A stretch of DNA of 64,000 bases. Origin: Clostridia bacterium (GTDB lineage: Bacteria > Bacillota > Clostridia > Christensenellales > Borkfalkiaceae). The notes beneath the pieces were generated by a model that searched no databases, had not been told where the DNA came from, and saw nothing but the letters and a program-made list of their open reading frames with translations. The translations under genes were made by a program, and so were the position numbers. Position 1 is the first letter of the stretch; every line of letters begins with the position of its first letter. Shown one piece after another: positions 35,696-45,895 of the stretch. The stretch is taken from assembly GCA_017621155.1 (NCBI GenBank), contig JAGATP010000007.1:14204-78203 (forward strand), written 5' to 3'.

Positions 35696-35771
35696 TACAT
35701 CCTCCTCGTTTTTACCGAATATTTTGCAAAAAAACGCGACATTTTAAAAAAAAGATGGTATAATAGGCACT

Positions 35772-36632
35772 ATGAAAATCATAGACGTCATCAAATCAGA
35801 AAAACCGACCTTATCCTTCGAGGTATTCCCTCCCAAGACGGAAAGCGCCGTTTCCTCCGTGGAGGATGCGGTGTTTGAAATCGCCAAGCTCAATCCTTCC
35901 TACATGAGCGTGACGTACGGCGCGGGGGGCGGAACTTCCGCTTACACCGTCTCCATCGCAAGAGAGCTAAAAGAGCGGGGGATCACGCCGCTCGCCCATC
36001 TTTCGTGCGTTTCTTCCACCAAACAGCGGGTGAGAGAGGAACTGAAAGCCATCAAAGAGGCGGGCGTTGAAAACATCCTCGCCCTGCGCGGCGACATTCC
36101 CGCAGGAGCGGAACATTCTCTGCGCGACTATCACTATGCGACCGAGCTCATCGAGGACATCAAAACGTACGGGGACTTTTGCATCGGCGGGGCTTGCTAT
36201 CCCGAGGGACACCCCGATTCCGCGACCTGGATGGACGATTTGAACTATTTAAAGGCGAAGGTGGACGCCGGATGCGACTATCTGACCACGCAAATGTTCT
36301 TCGACAACGAAATTTTCTATAATTTCATGTACCGCGCCCGTCAAAAGGGAATTTTCGTCCCCGTCGTTCCCGGAATCATGCCCGTCACGAACGCGAAGAG
36401 CCTCAAACGTACGGTCGCGCTTTCGGGAAATTCCCTGCCCCAGCGCTTTTATCGGATCATGGATCGCTTTTGCGATAAGCCCGAAGCGTTGAAACAGGCG
36501 GGCATCGCCTATGCGACGGAGCAGATCATCGATCTGTTCGCAAACGGCGTGCAGGCGGTTCACGTCTATTCCATGAACAAGCCCGAGGTAGCCAAAAAGA
36601 TCAAGGAAAATCTCTCGGAGATTTTATGCTAG
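35772..36632 (+). CDS. metF: methylenetetrahydrofolate reductase
   Basis: 286 aa. Motifs SFEVFPPKT and SVTYGAGG are typical of MTHFR. Confidence 0.92.
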   Translation: MKIIDVIKSEKPTLSFEVFPPKTESAVSSVEDAVFEIAKLNPSYMSVTYGAGGGTSAYTVSIARELKERGITPLAHLSCVSSTKQRVREELKAIKEAGVENILALRGDIPAGAEHSLRDYHYATELIEDIKTYGDFCIGGACYPEGHPDSATWMDDLNYLKAKVDAGCDYLTTQMFFDNEIFYNFMYRARQKGIFVPVVPGIMPVTNAKSLKRTVALSGNSLPQRFYRIMDRFCDKPEALKQAGIAYATEQIIDLFANGVQAVHVYSMNKPEVAKKIKENLSEILC

Positions 36633-37186
36633 CGCGCTCCCTCAAAACGCCTGAAATCCCCCTCGATACGGTGCTTTATTATATGCGGGCGGGGCAGGAT
36701 AAGAGCGCGGCGCACGTCGCAAAGGAGGGAATCCGCCTCGTGAGAGAGGCGGCGGACTGCAAGTTTGTCTGCCGTTCCATGCCCCTCGCCCTGGGCGAAT
36801 GCGTCAAAATCGGCGATTGGGAAATCAAAAGCGAATCCCTGAAAAAGCACCTTGCGGGGTGCAAAGAGGTCGTTCTTCTCGGCGCGAGCGCAGGGCTCGG
36901 CGTCGATCGTGTCATCACCGCTTGCGGCAAAAAGTCGGGCGCGCTCTCTCTTGCCGCCGACAGCGCGGGCGGCGTCCTCGTCGAAGCGGTTTGCGACGAA
37001 GCGGAGCAATTCATCGGAAAGGCGCATCCTTTCCGCTATTCGCCGGGATACGGGGATTTTTCCATAGAAGAACAGAGAAAGCTGTGCGAGCTTCTTCAAT
37101 TACAAAAAACCATCGGGGTCACGCTGACGGACGGGCTGATGCTCCGTCCGACCAAGAGCGTGACCGCCATCATAGGTATTTTATGA
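36626..37186 (+). CDS. stand-alone methionine synthase reactivation (AdoMet-binding) domain protein
   Basis: 186 aa. The C-terminal stretch FRYSPGYGDFSIEEQRKL...TLTDGLMLRPTKSVTAIIG resembles the MetH activation domain. It overlaps the metF stop and the metH start. Confidence 0.75.
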   Translation: MLARSLKTPEIPLDTVLYYMRAGQDKSAAHVAKEGIRLVREAADCKFVCRSMPLALGECVKIGDWEIKSESLKKHLAGCKEVVLLGASAGLGVDRVITACGKKSGALSLAADSAGGVLVEAVCDEAEQFIGKAHPFRYSPGYGDFSIEEQRKLCELLQLQKTIGVTLTDGLMLRPTKSVTAIIGIL

Positions 37187-39549
37187 CAGTCATTGAAACA
37201 CTCAAAGCGGGCAGACTTGTCCTGGACGGCGGCTTCGGTACGTATTTGCGGGAACAGGGCTACGAGGGCGCTTCGGAAGAGGCGAATCTCGATTGTCCCG
37301 ACCTCGTTGCAAGCATTCACGCCGCCTATTTCCGGGCGGGAAGCGACGCGGTTTCGGCAAACACCTTCGGCATCAATCCTCTCCGTCACGACAAAGAAAC
37401 ATGCAAAAAAATGCTCAAAAGCGCGTTCGGTTGCGCAAAACGGGTGCGTCCCGAGGGGAAATTCGTCTTTCTCGACTTGGGGCCGACGGGAAAGCTCCTA
37501 GAGCCTTACGGCGATTTGACCTTCGAAGAGGCGTACGAAAGCTTCCTCTTTGTCGTAAACGAGAGTTTGCCCTATGCGCCCGACGCGGTTTTTATCGAGA
37601 CGATGAACGACTCCTACGAGACGAAGGCGGCGGTGCTTGCGGCAAAAACGGCGGGCTTGCCCGTCCTTGTGGGCAACGTTTACGACGCCTCGGCAAAGCT
37701 CATGACGGGTGCGGATATTCCTGCCATGGTCGCCCTTCTCGAAGGGCTCAGGGTGGACGCCTTCGGGTTGAACTGTTCGCTCGGCCCCGAGCAGATGTTG
37801 GACCTTGTCTCTGCGTTTTCGGAGTATTCCTCTACGCCCATCATCGTCAAGCCCAACGCGGGACTCCCGCGCGAGGAAGGGGGCAGGGCGGTTTACGACG
37901 TGGGGGCAAAGGAGTTTGCCTCCCTCATGGCGGAAGCCGTCAAAAGGGGAGCGACCGTCATCGGCGGCTGTTGCGGCACGACGCCGGAATTTATCCGCGC
38001 CATGGCGGAACAGACGGCGGATCTTCCCTTTGCACTCCCGAAAAAGAAGGACAAAACCCTCGTTTCCTCCTATACGCACGCCCTTGAAATCGGAAAAAAC
38101 CCTCTCCTTGTCGGAGAGCGCATTAACCCCACGGGCAAAAAGCGCTTCAAGCAAGCGCTGCGGGAAAAGGATCTTGCCTATTTGCTCAACGAGGGCACCG
38201 ATCAACAGGACAAAGGCGCGCACATTCTCGACGTCAACGTCGGACTTCCCGAAATCGACGAGGCAGCCATGATGGAGCGGGTCGTCAAGGAGCTGCAGGC
38301 AGTTTCCGACCTTCCCCTGCAAATCGACACGGTGCATCCCGTCGCAATGGAAAAGGGACTTCGCTATTACAACGGCAAGCCCCTCGTCAATTCGGTGGAC
38401 GGAAAGCAGGAGAGCATGGATCGGGTATTCCCCCTCGTACAAAAGTACGGGGGAACGGTCATCTGTCTTACCATGGACGAAGCGGGCATACCCGCGACGG
38501 CAGAGGGCAGGGTGGAAGTCGCAAAGAGGATCGTAAACGAGGCGGCAAAGTACGGCATCGAACCCAAAGATCTCGTGTTCGATCCGTTGACGCTGACCGT
38601 CTCCTCCGACCCGAATGCGGGCAGGGTCACCCTCGAAGCCCTGACGAAAATCAAACGGGAGCTGAACGGAAAGACGAGCCTCGGCGTGTCCAACATTTCC
38701 TTCGGACTTCCGCAGAGAGAGCTGTTGAACGGGGCGTTCTTTCTCCTTGCCCTCGAGCACGGGCTTGACCTTGCGATCGTCAATCCCTTTTCGGACGAAA
38801 TGCACAAGGCGTATCGGACGTATCTCGCGCTCACGGGGAAAGACAATCGCTTCGAAGAGTATCTGTCCTACGTCGAACGGCGCACGCCCGACGTACCGCA
38901 GACGAGTGTTCCTTCCCCTTCCTCTCCTCTCTCCGAAGCGGGGAGCCCGTTGGAAAGAGCGATCGTCAGGGGCTTGAGGGAACAGGCAAGGGAAGAGGCA
39001 AAGGAGCTTTTAAAGGCGGAACAGCCCCTTCGGATCATCGACGCCTACGTCATTCCCGCACTCAACCGCGTGGGCAAGGGCTTTGAGGAAAAAAAAGTGT
39101 ACCTTCCCCAGCTTCTGATGAGCGCGGACGCGGCAAAAGAGGCCTTTGCGGTCATCAAAGAGGCGATTCCCCCCTCCGAGGGGACGGATAAAATCGTGCT
39201 TGCAACCGTTAAGGGTGACATTCACGACATCGGCAAGAACATCGTGCGCGTTCTTCTCGAAAATTTCGGCTTTACCGTCATCGATCTCGGCAAGGACGTT
39301 TCGCCCGAGCGGGTGGCTGAGGAGACGGTCAGACACAACTGCAGGCTCGTGGGGCTTTCCGCCCTCATGACGACTACCGTTCCTGCCATGGCGGAAACCA
39401 TAGCCCTTCTGAGACAGAAGGCGCCGTTTGCCAAAGTCGTGGTGGGAGGAGCGGTTCTCACGCAGGAGTATGCGGACATGATCGGCGCGGACAAATATGC
39501 CGCCGACGCCATGGAAACGGTGCGCTATGCGCAGGAGGTATTCGGATGA
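37183..39549 (+). CDS. metH: cobalamin-dependent methionine synthase core (Hcy, pterin and B12 domains; no activation domain)
   Basis: I take the start at MTVIETLKAGRLVLDGGFGT, which forms an ATGA overlap with the upstream gene. Motif GGCCGTTPE and B12 motif DIHDIGKN (DxHxxG). The ORF-track N-terminal extension from 36799 is out of context. Confidence 0.9.
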   Translation: MTVIETLKAGRLVLDGGFGTYLREQGYEGASEEANLDCPDLVASIHAAYFRAGSDAVSANTFGINPLRHDKETCKKMLKSAFGCAKRVRPEGKFVFLDLGPTGKLLEPYGDLTFEEAYESFLFVVNESLPYAPDAVFIETMNDSYETKAAVLAAKTAGLPVLVGNVYDASAKLMTGADIPAMVALLEGLRVDAFGLNCSLGPEQMLDLVSAFSEYSSTPIIVKPNAGLPREEGGRAVYDVGAKEFASLMAEAVKRGATVIGGCCGTTPEFIRAMAEQTADLPFALPKKKDKTLVSSYTHALEIGKNPLLVGERINPTGKKRFKQALREKDLAYLLNEGTDQQDKGAHILDVNVGLPEIDEAAMMERVVKELQAVSDLPLQIDTVHPVAMEKGLRYYNGKPLVNSVDGKQESMDRVFPLVQKYGGTVICLTMDEAGIPATAEGRVEVAKRIVNEAAKYGIEPKDLVFDPLTLTVSSDPNAGRVTLEALTKIKRELNGKTSLGVSNISFGLPQRELLNGAFFLLALEHGLDLAIVNPFSDEMHKAYRTYLALTGKDNRFEEYLSYVERRTPDVPQTSVPSPSSPLSEAGSPLERAIVRGLREQAREEAKELLKAEQPLRIIDAYVIPALNRVGKGFEEKKVYLPQLLMSADAAKEAFAVIKEAIPPSEGTDKIVLATVKGDIHDIGKNIVRVLLENFGFTVIDLGKDVSPERVAEETVRHNCRLVGLSALMTTTVPAMAETIALLRQKAPFAKVVVGGAVLTQEYADMIGADKYAADAMETVRYAQEVFG

Positions 39550-40163
39550 AGGTTTTGCTGTTAAACGGCAGTCCCCGCGAACGGGGCTGTACTCATACTG
39601 CCCTTTGCGAGGCGGAGAGGGCGTTTTCCGCGCTCGGCGTGCAGACGGAGATTTTCTGGGTCGGAAAGCAGGTGACGGGCTGTATGGCTTGCGGCGCTTG
39701 CAAAAAGCTCGGGAAATGCGTTCTCTCCGATCGGGTGAACGAGCTGTCTGCCCGCCTTTCAGAGTTTGACGGAATCATCGTCGGTTCTCCCGTCTACTAT
39801 GCAAGTCCCTCTGGTCAGATCGTGTCCTTTCTCGACAGGCTGTTTTATTCTGCGGGAAAGAAGCTGGCGGGCAAACCCGGCGCATGCGTGGTGTCCTGCC
39901 GCAGAGGCGGGGCAAGCGCTTCCTTCGACGCGCTCAATAAGTACTTTTCCATCAACAATATGCCCATCGTCACCTCGCAGTATTGGAATCAGGTACACGG
40001 CAACACGCCCGAAGAGGTCAGAAAGGACGAAGAGGGTATGCAGACGGTCAGAACGCTCGCAAAAAACATGACCTATCTTCTCTCCTGCATCGAGGCGGGG
40101 AAGCGCGCGGGGATTTTGCCGCCCGTCTACGAAGAGAAAATCGCAACGAATTTCATTCGCTGA
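39546..40163 (+). CDS. flavodoxin-like fold FMN reductase / iron-sulfur flavoprotein-like
   Basis: 205 aa. N-terminal MKVLLLNGSPRERG and Cys motif CMACGACKKLGKC. ATGA overlap with the metH stop. Confidence 0.82.
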   Translation: MKVLLLNGSPRERGCTHTALCEAERAFSALGVQTEIFWVGKQVTGCMACGACKKLGKCVLSDRVNELSARLSEFDGIIVGSPVYYASPSGQIVSFLDRLFYSAGKKLAGKPGACVVSCRRGGASASFDALNKYFSINNMPIVTSQYWNQVHGNTPEEVRKDEEGMQTVRTLAKNMTYLLSCIEAGKRAGILPPVYEEKIATNFIR

Positions 40164-40225
40164 AAATGAGAGGAAAAAAACCATTTCTTTCCGCCCTGCG
40201 AGCAACAGAAATTGACGGGAAACAG

Positions 40226-40253
40226 TTGACAAATGCAGAAAATGTGTTATAAT
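40226..40253 (+). promoter_or_regulatory. sigma-A type promoter (TTGACA-16-TATAAT)
   Basis: TTGACA at 40226-40231, with tgtTATAAT ending at 40253. Confidence 0.7.
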
Positions 40254-40286
40254 TTCGGTATGAAATCTCATTAAGGAAACCGAAAG

Positions 40287-40673
40287 ATGCTCAGGAGAAA
40301 TACCAAACAAAAGCAGATTGTCTTTGAAACGGCGCTTCGGCTCGATCATCCCACGGCGACGGAGGTCTATGAAGAGGTTCATAAGGACCATCCAACCCTT
40401 GGCAGAGCCACCGTGTTCCGCGTTTTAAAGTCGTTTGCCGCCGAAGGGAAGCTCCGAAAGGTCATTTTGTTCGATTCCGGAGAAATTTACGACAAAACGC
40501 TCGACGGTCACTGTCATTTCCGCTGTACGAAATGCGGAAAAATCGTGGACGTGAAGGTCTCCATGGCGGAGGCGGAGCGCAAGGTGATGGAAGAAACGGG
40601 GTCAGCCGTCGTTTCCTCCGCGGTGGAATTTTTCGGAGTATGCAGAGAATGCAAGGGCAAAGAAATTTCCTGA
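40287..40673 (+). CDS. Fur-family repressor, PerR-like
   Basis: 128 aa. Winged-helix N-terminus and two CxxC pairs (CTKCGK, CRECKG). It sits upstream of rubrerythrin. Confidence 0.85.
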   Translation: MLRRNTKQKQIVFETALRLDHPTATEVYEEVHKDHPTLGRATVFRVLKSFAAEGKLRKVILFDSGEIYDKTLDGHCHFRCTKCGKIVDVKVSMAEAERKVMEETGSAVVSSAVEFFGVCRECKGKEIS

Positions 40674-40703
40674 AGAGACAAACAAAAAAGGAGTATATCA
40701 GTT

Positions 40704-41252
40704 ATGAAAAAATGGAAATGTTTGATTTGCGGTGAAATCGTCGAGAGCGAGACCTGCCCCGAAAAGTGCCCCCTTTGCGGCGCACCCGCAGAGAAATTCG
40801 TCGAGCTCAAAGAGGAGAATATGACCTGGGCTTGCGAGCATGAAGTCGGCATCATCGACGGCGTTCCTCAGGAGATCGTCGACGGACTCCGCGCAAACTT
40901 CAACGGCGAGTGCAGCGAAGTCGGTATGTACCTTGCGATGAGCAGAGTTGCCTTCCGCGAGGGCTATCCCGAAATCGGACTTTACTGGGAAAAGGCGGCT
41001 TACGAAGAGGCAGAGCATGCGGCAAAATTCGCAGAGATGCTCGGCGAAGTCGTCACCCCTTCCACGAAGAAGAACCTCGAAATGAGAGTTGCCGCAGAGA
41101 ACGGCGCGACCGCAGGCAAATTCGAGCTTGCGAAGCTCGCGAAGCAGAACAACCTCGACGCCATTCACGACACCGTACACGAGATGGCAAAGGACGAGGC
41201 AAGACACGGCAGAGCGTTCCAGGGTCTTCTCGACAGATATTTCAAAGACTAA
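40704..41252 (+). CDS. reverse rubrerythrin (N-terminal rubredoxin-like domain plus diiron four-helix bundle)
   Basis: 182 aa. Motifs CLICGE...CPLCGA, followed by EEAEHAAKF and DEARHGRAF. Confidence 0.9.
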   Translation: MKKWKCLICGEIVESETCPEKCPLCGAPAEKFVELKEENMTWACEHEVGIIDGVPQEIVDGLRANFNGECSEVGMYLAMSRVAFREGYPEIGLYWEKAAYEEAEHAAKFAEMLGEVVTPSTKKNLEMRVAAENGATAGKFELAKLAKQNNLDAIHDTVHEMAKDEARHGRAFQGLLDRYFKD

Positions 41253-41278
41253 ATCGTGTAAACGCACTCTAAGATTTT

Positions 41279-41307
41279 TCGTCGCGGAAATCCGCGGCGA
41301 TTTTTTT
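41279..41307 (+). terminator. intrinsic terminator after rubrerythrin
   Basis: Stem TCGTCGCGG/CCGCGGCGA followed by TTTTTTT. Confidence 0.75.
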
Positions 41308-41396
41308 GCGTTTGTCGAAAAAAATAGTTCAAAATCCTATACAAAATGAGGAAAATTTGCTATAATCTAAGGGAATCAAAGCAAAGGGGTTTTAAC

Positions 41397-43046
41397 ATGT
41401 TATCCGATATTGAAATTGCAGAAAGCGTTCCCATGCAGGACATCCGCAAGGTTGCGGAAAGCCTCGGACTGACGGAAGACGAATTGGAGCTCTACGGCAA
41501 GTACAAGGCGAAGATCAACGCGCCTTGCAGCGAAAGAAAGGCAAAGCTCATTCTCGTCACCGCCATCAATCCTACTTCTTCGGGAGAGGGAAAGACCACC
41601 GTTTCCATCGGACTTGCGGACGGCATGAGAAAGATCGGCAAAAAGGTCTGTCTCGCCCTCAGAGAGCCTTCTTTAGGGCCGGTGTTCGGCATCAAGGGCG
41701 GAGCTGCAGGCGGCGGCTACGCGCAGGTCGTTCCCATGGCGGACATCAATTTGCACTTTACGGGGGATCTGCACGCCATTACGGCGGCGAATAACCTCCT
41801 CTGCGCCATGATCGACAACCACATCTTCCGCGGAAACGAGCTTAAAATCGATCCCGAAAAGGTATCCTTCCGCAGATGTATGGATATGAACGACCGCTCC
41901 CTCATCAACATCACCGTCGGCAGAGGCGGCAGAGGGGTGGAGAGAGAAGAGCATTTCGAAATTACGGCGGCGAGCGAAATCATGGCGATTTTGTGCCTTG
42001 CAACTTCCCTTGCCGATCTCAAGCGTCGGCTCGGCAACATCATCGTCGGACTGAACACGGACGGCGAATACGTTTACGCGCGCGATCTGAACGCCGTCGG
42101 CGCGATGGCGACCCTTTTGAAAGACGCCTTAAAGCCCAATCTCGTTCAGACTCTCGAAGGCACGCCTGCCATTGTGCACGGCGGCCCGTTTGCCAACATC
42201 GCGCACGGCTGCAACTCCATTCAGGCGACCTACACGGCGATGAGCTATGCCGATTACGTCGTCACCGAGGCGGGCTTCGGCGCAGACCTCGGCGCGGAGA
42301 AATTCCTCGACACCAAGTGCCGCATCGCGGGCATCGAGCCCTCCGCCATCGTTATCGTCGCCACCGTCAAGGCGCTCAAACTGCACGGCGGCGCGGCGAA
42401 AGAGACCATCTCCGAGGAAAATGTGGAAGCATTAAAGAATGGGCTTCCCAACCTCTTAAAGCACATCGAAAACGTCAAGAACGTCTATCAGAAGCCCGTC
42501 GTCGTGGCGATGAACCACTTCTTCACGGACACCGAGGCGGAGATTGCCGCCGTCATGGACGCGGTGCAGGAAGCGGGCGCAAAGGTCGTCTTTACGGACG
42601 TATTCTTAAAGGGCGGCGAGGGCGGCAAAGAGCTTGCCAAAGCCGTGGTAGAGGCTTGCGACATTCCTTCCAAGCTCCATTATTCCTACGATCTGAACGA
42701 TTCGGTGGTGCAGAAGATAATTGACGTCGCCACCAAGATCTACGGCGCGGACGGCGTGAAGTTTACGGACGAAGCGCTCGAAAAGATCGGCGTCATCGAG
42801 CGGAGCGGATATGGAAACCTTCCCGTCATCATCGCAAAGACGCAGTATTCTCTTTCGGACAACAAAGACCTTGTGGGGAGACCGACGCACTTTACCATTA
42901 CCGTGCGCGACGTCATTTTAAAGGGCGGTGCGGGATTCATCGTCGCCGTGACGGGTACCCTGATGCTCATGCCGGGACTTTCCAAGCACCCCGCGGCGGA
43001 GCGCATCGACATCGACGACAACGGCGTCATCTCCGGTCTTTCTTAA
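41397..43046 (+). CDS. fhs: formate--tetrahydrofolate ligase
   Basis: I take the start at MLSDIEIAESV. P-loop motif PTSSGEGKTT. 549 aa. Confidence 0.93.
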   Translation: MLSDIEIAESVPMQDIRKVAESLGLTEDELELYGKYKAKINAPCSERKAKLILVTAINPTSSGEGKTTVSIGLADGMRKIGKKVCLALREPSLGPVFGIKGGAAGGGYAQVVPMADINLHFTGDLHAITAANNLLCAMIDNHIFRGNELKIDPEKVSFRRCMDMNDRSLINITVGRGGRGVEREEHFEITAASEIMAILCLATSLADLKRRLGNIIVGLNTDGEYVYARDLNAVGAMATLLKDALKPNLVQTLEGTPAIVHGGPFANIAHGCNSIQATYTAMSYADYVVTEAGFGADLGAEKFLDTKCRIAGIEPSAIVIVATVKALKLHGGAAKETISEENVEALKNGLPNLLKHIENVKNVYQKPVVVAMNHFFTDTEAEIAAVMDAVQEAGAKVVFTDVFLKGGEGGKELAKAVVEACDIPSKLHYSYDLNDSVVQKIIDVATKIYGADGVKFTDEALEKIGVIERSGYGNLPVIIAKTQYSLSDNKDLVGRPTHFTITVRDVILKGGAGFIVAVTGTLMLMPGLSKHPAAERIDIDDNGVISGLS

Positions 43047-43066
43047 TTTTTACTTCGAGGTAAACC

Positions 43067-44704
43067 ATGGCAGAATCCATCAATTTTATCGAACAGATCA
43101 TCAATGAAGAGCTGGAAGCGGGCAAGTTCGAGGAGCGCGGCAACAAAATCGTCACTCGCTTTCCTCCCGAGCCCAACGGCTATCTGCACATCGGACACTG
43201 CAAGTCCCTCTGCATCAACTTCGGGGTCAAGGAAAAATACGGGGGCGAGTGCAACCTTCGCTTCGACGACACCAACCCCGCCAAGGAGACGGAGGAGTTC
43301 GCGCAGTCCATCATCGACTCTTTGGATTGGCTCGGCTTTTCGTACGATCGCATTCTCTACGCCTCCGACTATTACGATCGGATGTATGAGATCGCGGAGA
43401 AGATGATTTCAGACGGCAACGCCTACGTCTGCGATCTGTCCGCCGAGGAAATTACAGAGACGCGCGGAACGCTCACCGAACCCGGCAAGGAGAGCCCTTA
43501 TCGAAACAGAACGGTTGAAGAAAACTTAAAGCTCTTCCGCGAGATGAAGGCGGGGAAATACGCCGACGGAGAAAAGGTACTCCGCGCAAAAATCGATATG
43601 GCGTCCCCCAACATCAACATGCGCGACCCCATTTTGTATCGCGTTGCCCACGTTTCCCACTATCGCACGGGGGACAAGTGGTGCATTTATCCCATGTACG
43701 ACTTCGCGCACCCCATCGAGGACGCCATCGAGGGGATCACGCACTCCATCTGCACCCTCGAATTTGAGGATCACCGCCCCCTCTACAATTGGGTGGTCGA
43801 GCATTCGGGCTTTGCCGCTCCTCTGCCCCGGCAGATCGAGTTTGCCCGCCTCAACCTCACCAACACCGTCATGTCCAAGCGGTATCTCAAAAAGCTCGTC
43901 GAAGAGGGCAAGGTGCACGGCTGGGACGATCCCAGAATGCCCACCCTTGCGGGACTCAAAAACAGAGGCGTTCCGCCCACGGCGCTCAAGAACTTCTGCA
44001 ACCTCATCGGCGTGTCCAAGGCAAATTCGGAATGTCAGTATTCCTATCTCGAAGCCTGCATCCGCGAATACCTCAACGAAAACGCCGAGCGCGCGATGGC
44101 GGTGATCGATCCGTTGAAGCTGACCATCACCAACTACGAGGGCGAAGAGGAGCTTGAGTTTGACGTCAATCAGTTCAAACCCGAGCTCGGCAAGCGCAAA
44201 GTCACGTTCGGAAAGACCCTGTATATCGAACGGAGCGACTTTTCCCTCAACCCTCCGCCCAAGTATTTCCGCTTGAAGGTGGGCGGCGTCGTTCGCCTCA
44301 AGAGCGCTTACATCGTGCGCTGCGACGGCTATCGTACCGACGAAGAGGGGAACGTGACGGAGGTGCTCTGTACCTATCTTCCCGATTCGAGGAGCGGAAG
44401 CGACGTGTCCGGCGTCAAGGCGAAGGGCGTCATTCATTGGGTGAATGCGGAAAGGGCGGTCGACGCGGTGATCAAGCAGTACGAGCCCCTTTTAAAGGAC
44501 GCGGCATATCCCGGTCAGGACTTTTCCGAGCGCATGAACGAGGACAGCGAGCACATCTTCTACGGCAAGGCAGAGCCTTACCTTGCGGAAAAAGAGGAGC
44601 AGTCCTTCCAGCTCATGCGGACGGGCTACTACAAGACGTGTCGGGAGGAGGGCAAGCTCTGCCTTTCCGAAATCGTCTCCTTGAAGGACAACTTCAACAA
44701 ATAA
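43067..44704 (+). CDS. glnS: glutamine--tRNA ligase
   Basis: 545 aa. Class I signatures are present: HIGH (PNGYLHIGH) and KMSKS (VMSKR). Confidence 0.92.
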   Translation: MAESINFIEQIINEELEAGKFEERGNKIVTRFPPEPNGYLHIGHCKSLCINFGVKEKYGGECNLRFDDTNPAKETEEFAQSIIDSLDWLGFSYDRILYASDYYDRMYEIAEKMISDGNAYVCDLSAEEITETRGTLTEPGKESPYRNRTVEENLKLFREMKAGKYADGEKVLRAKIDMASPNINMRDPILYRVAHVSHYRTGDKWCIYPMYDFAHPIEDAIEGITHSICTLEFEDHRPLYNWVVEHSGFAAPLPRQIEFARLNLTNTVMSKRYLKKLVEEGKVHGWDDPRMPTLAGLKNRGVPPTALKNFCNLIGVSKANSECQYSYLEACIREYLNENAERAMAVIDPLKLTITNYEGEEELEFDVNQFKPELGKRKVTFGKTLYIERSDFSLNPPPKYFRLKVGGVVRLKSAYIVRCDGYRTDEEGNVTEVLCTYLPDSRSGSDVSGVKAKGVIHWVNAERAVDAVIKQYEPLLKDAAYPGQDFSERMNEDSEHIFYGKAEPYLAEKEEQSFQLMRTGYYKTCREEGKLCLSEIVSLKDNFNK

Positions 44705-44717
44705 AACGGAGAAAATT

Positions 44718-45860
44718 ATGTTAGAGTTATTCTCGACCAATCATTTCATCTGGCTGGGCGCGACGGCGGTGCTCGTTGCCGCTCTCTTTGCCCTTTCTCT
44801 CCTCTTTCGCAAGCGGATGAACGCCCTTTTGACGGTGGGCTTTGTGATTTTGCTTGCGCTCGAGCTCGTCAAAATGTCGTATAACGCCTTTTATTCGGAC
44901 GAGCCCTCCGCTCCGTGGCAAAAGGGCTTTTACGTGCAGCAGTACATTTTACCCTTCCACCTTTGCACCATTCAGACGATTTTGCTCCTGATAGCAAGAT
45001 GTTCGAAGCCCGAATCGAGTGCGCGCAAGCTCCTTCTTCCCGTCATTTCCGTCTGTTCGGTGCTGGGTGGAATCATGGCTGTCGTCATTCCCGTCGAAGG
45101 GGTGGCGTTTACGGCGGATACGGTTTTGAAGACAATTATGCCGTATCGCTATTTTACAACCCACGCCGTCCTCATCGCCTTGGGACTTGCCATTGCCTTT
45201 CATCCCGAAACGGGTTGGACGGGAAAATCCTATTTCAAGACGATCGGCTGTCTGTTCCTCCTCTTCGTGGCGTCGCTCTATCTCAACAGCATGTTCCACA
45301 CCAATTTCATGTACACCGCGTACCCTCCCGCAGAGAACCTTCCCTTCTTAGAAGTGACGGAAGGGGATCTTATGAGCTGGCTTTTGTACCTCGTAAAGCT
45401 CGTGCTCTGCACGCTGCTTCTCGTCACCCTGTTCTACGTGCCCATCTGGATTACCTTGGGCGTTCAAAAGGGCAAGAAAGCGAGGGAGACGAATGCTTTC
45501 AAGACTGTTCCCGTTTTGCAAGAAGAGACTCCCGTTGAGGCAGAACCCGTTCTTCCCGAAGAAAAGGAAGAGGCGGAAGAAGAGTACGACGAGGAATACG
45601 ACGAAGCTCCCATCACGATTGCCTCCATTCTCGAAGGGGAGTACACCGAGGAAGAAAAGCAGTTTATCGAGAGCGGCGTGCTTCCCGAGAGCAATTCCCT
45701 CTGCCCCGTCGAGGAACTTTCCGAAGAGGAACCCGTCGAGGCAGGAGAGCCCGAATTCGAAATGCCCGAAACGGAAGAAGTTCCGACGGAAGCTGTGCCT
45801 GTCGAATCGGAAGAAGAGGAAATCCAACAAGACGTTTCCAAGCAGGATCAGGAAGAATAA
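44718..45860 (+). CDS. polytopic membrane protein with a long acidic C-terminal tail
   Basis: 380 aa. About 7 TM segments, followed by roughly 130 aa rich in Glu, Pro and Val. Confidence 0.7.
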   Translation: MLELFSTNHFIWLGATAVLVAALFALSLLFRKRMNALLTVGFVILLALELVKMSYNAFYSDEPSAPWQKGFYVQQYILPFHLCTIQTILLLIARCSKPESSARKLLLPVISVCSVLGGIMAVVIPVEGVAFTADTVLKTIMPYRYFTTHAVLIALGLAIAFHPETGWTGKSYFKTIGCLFLLFVASLYLNSMFHTNFMYTAYPPAENLPFLEVTEGDLMSWLLYLVKLVLCTLLLVTLFYVPIWITLGVQKGKKARETNAFKTVPVLQEETPVEAEPVLPEEKEEAEEEYDEEYDEAPITIASILEGEYTEEEKQFIESGVLPESNSLCPVEELSEEEPVEAGEPEFEMPETEEVPTEAVPVESEEEEIQQDVSKQDQEE

Positions 45861-45895
45861 ATCGGCGCATTGCGCCGCAAAAAAGGGGAAAACGT

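Noticed and set aside
35696-35771. Expected S-box (SAM) or cobalamin riboswitch ahead of metF/metH
   Set aside because: The region is too short and A/T-rich and contains none of the conserved S-box or B12-box sequences.
36799-37182. N-terminal 128-codon extension of the metH ORF in the track
   Set aside because: The extension is Arg-rich and overlaps the activation-domain gene in another frame. The ATG at 37183 gives the canonical MetH N-terminus and an ATGA coupling.
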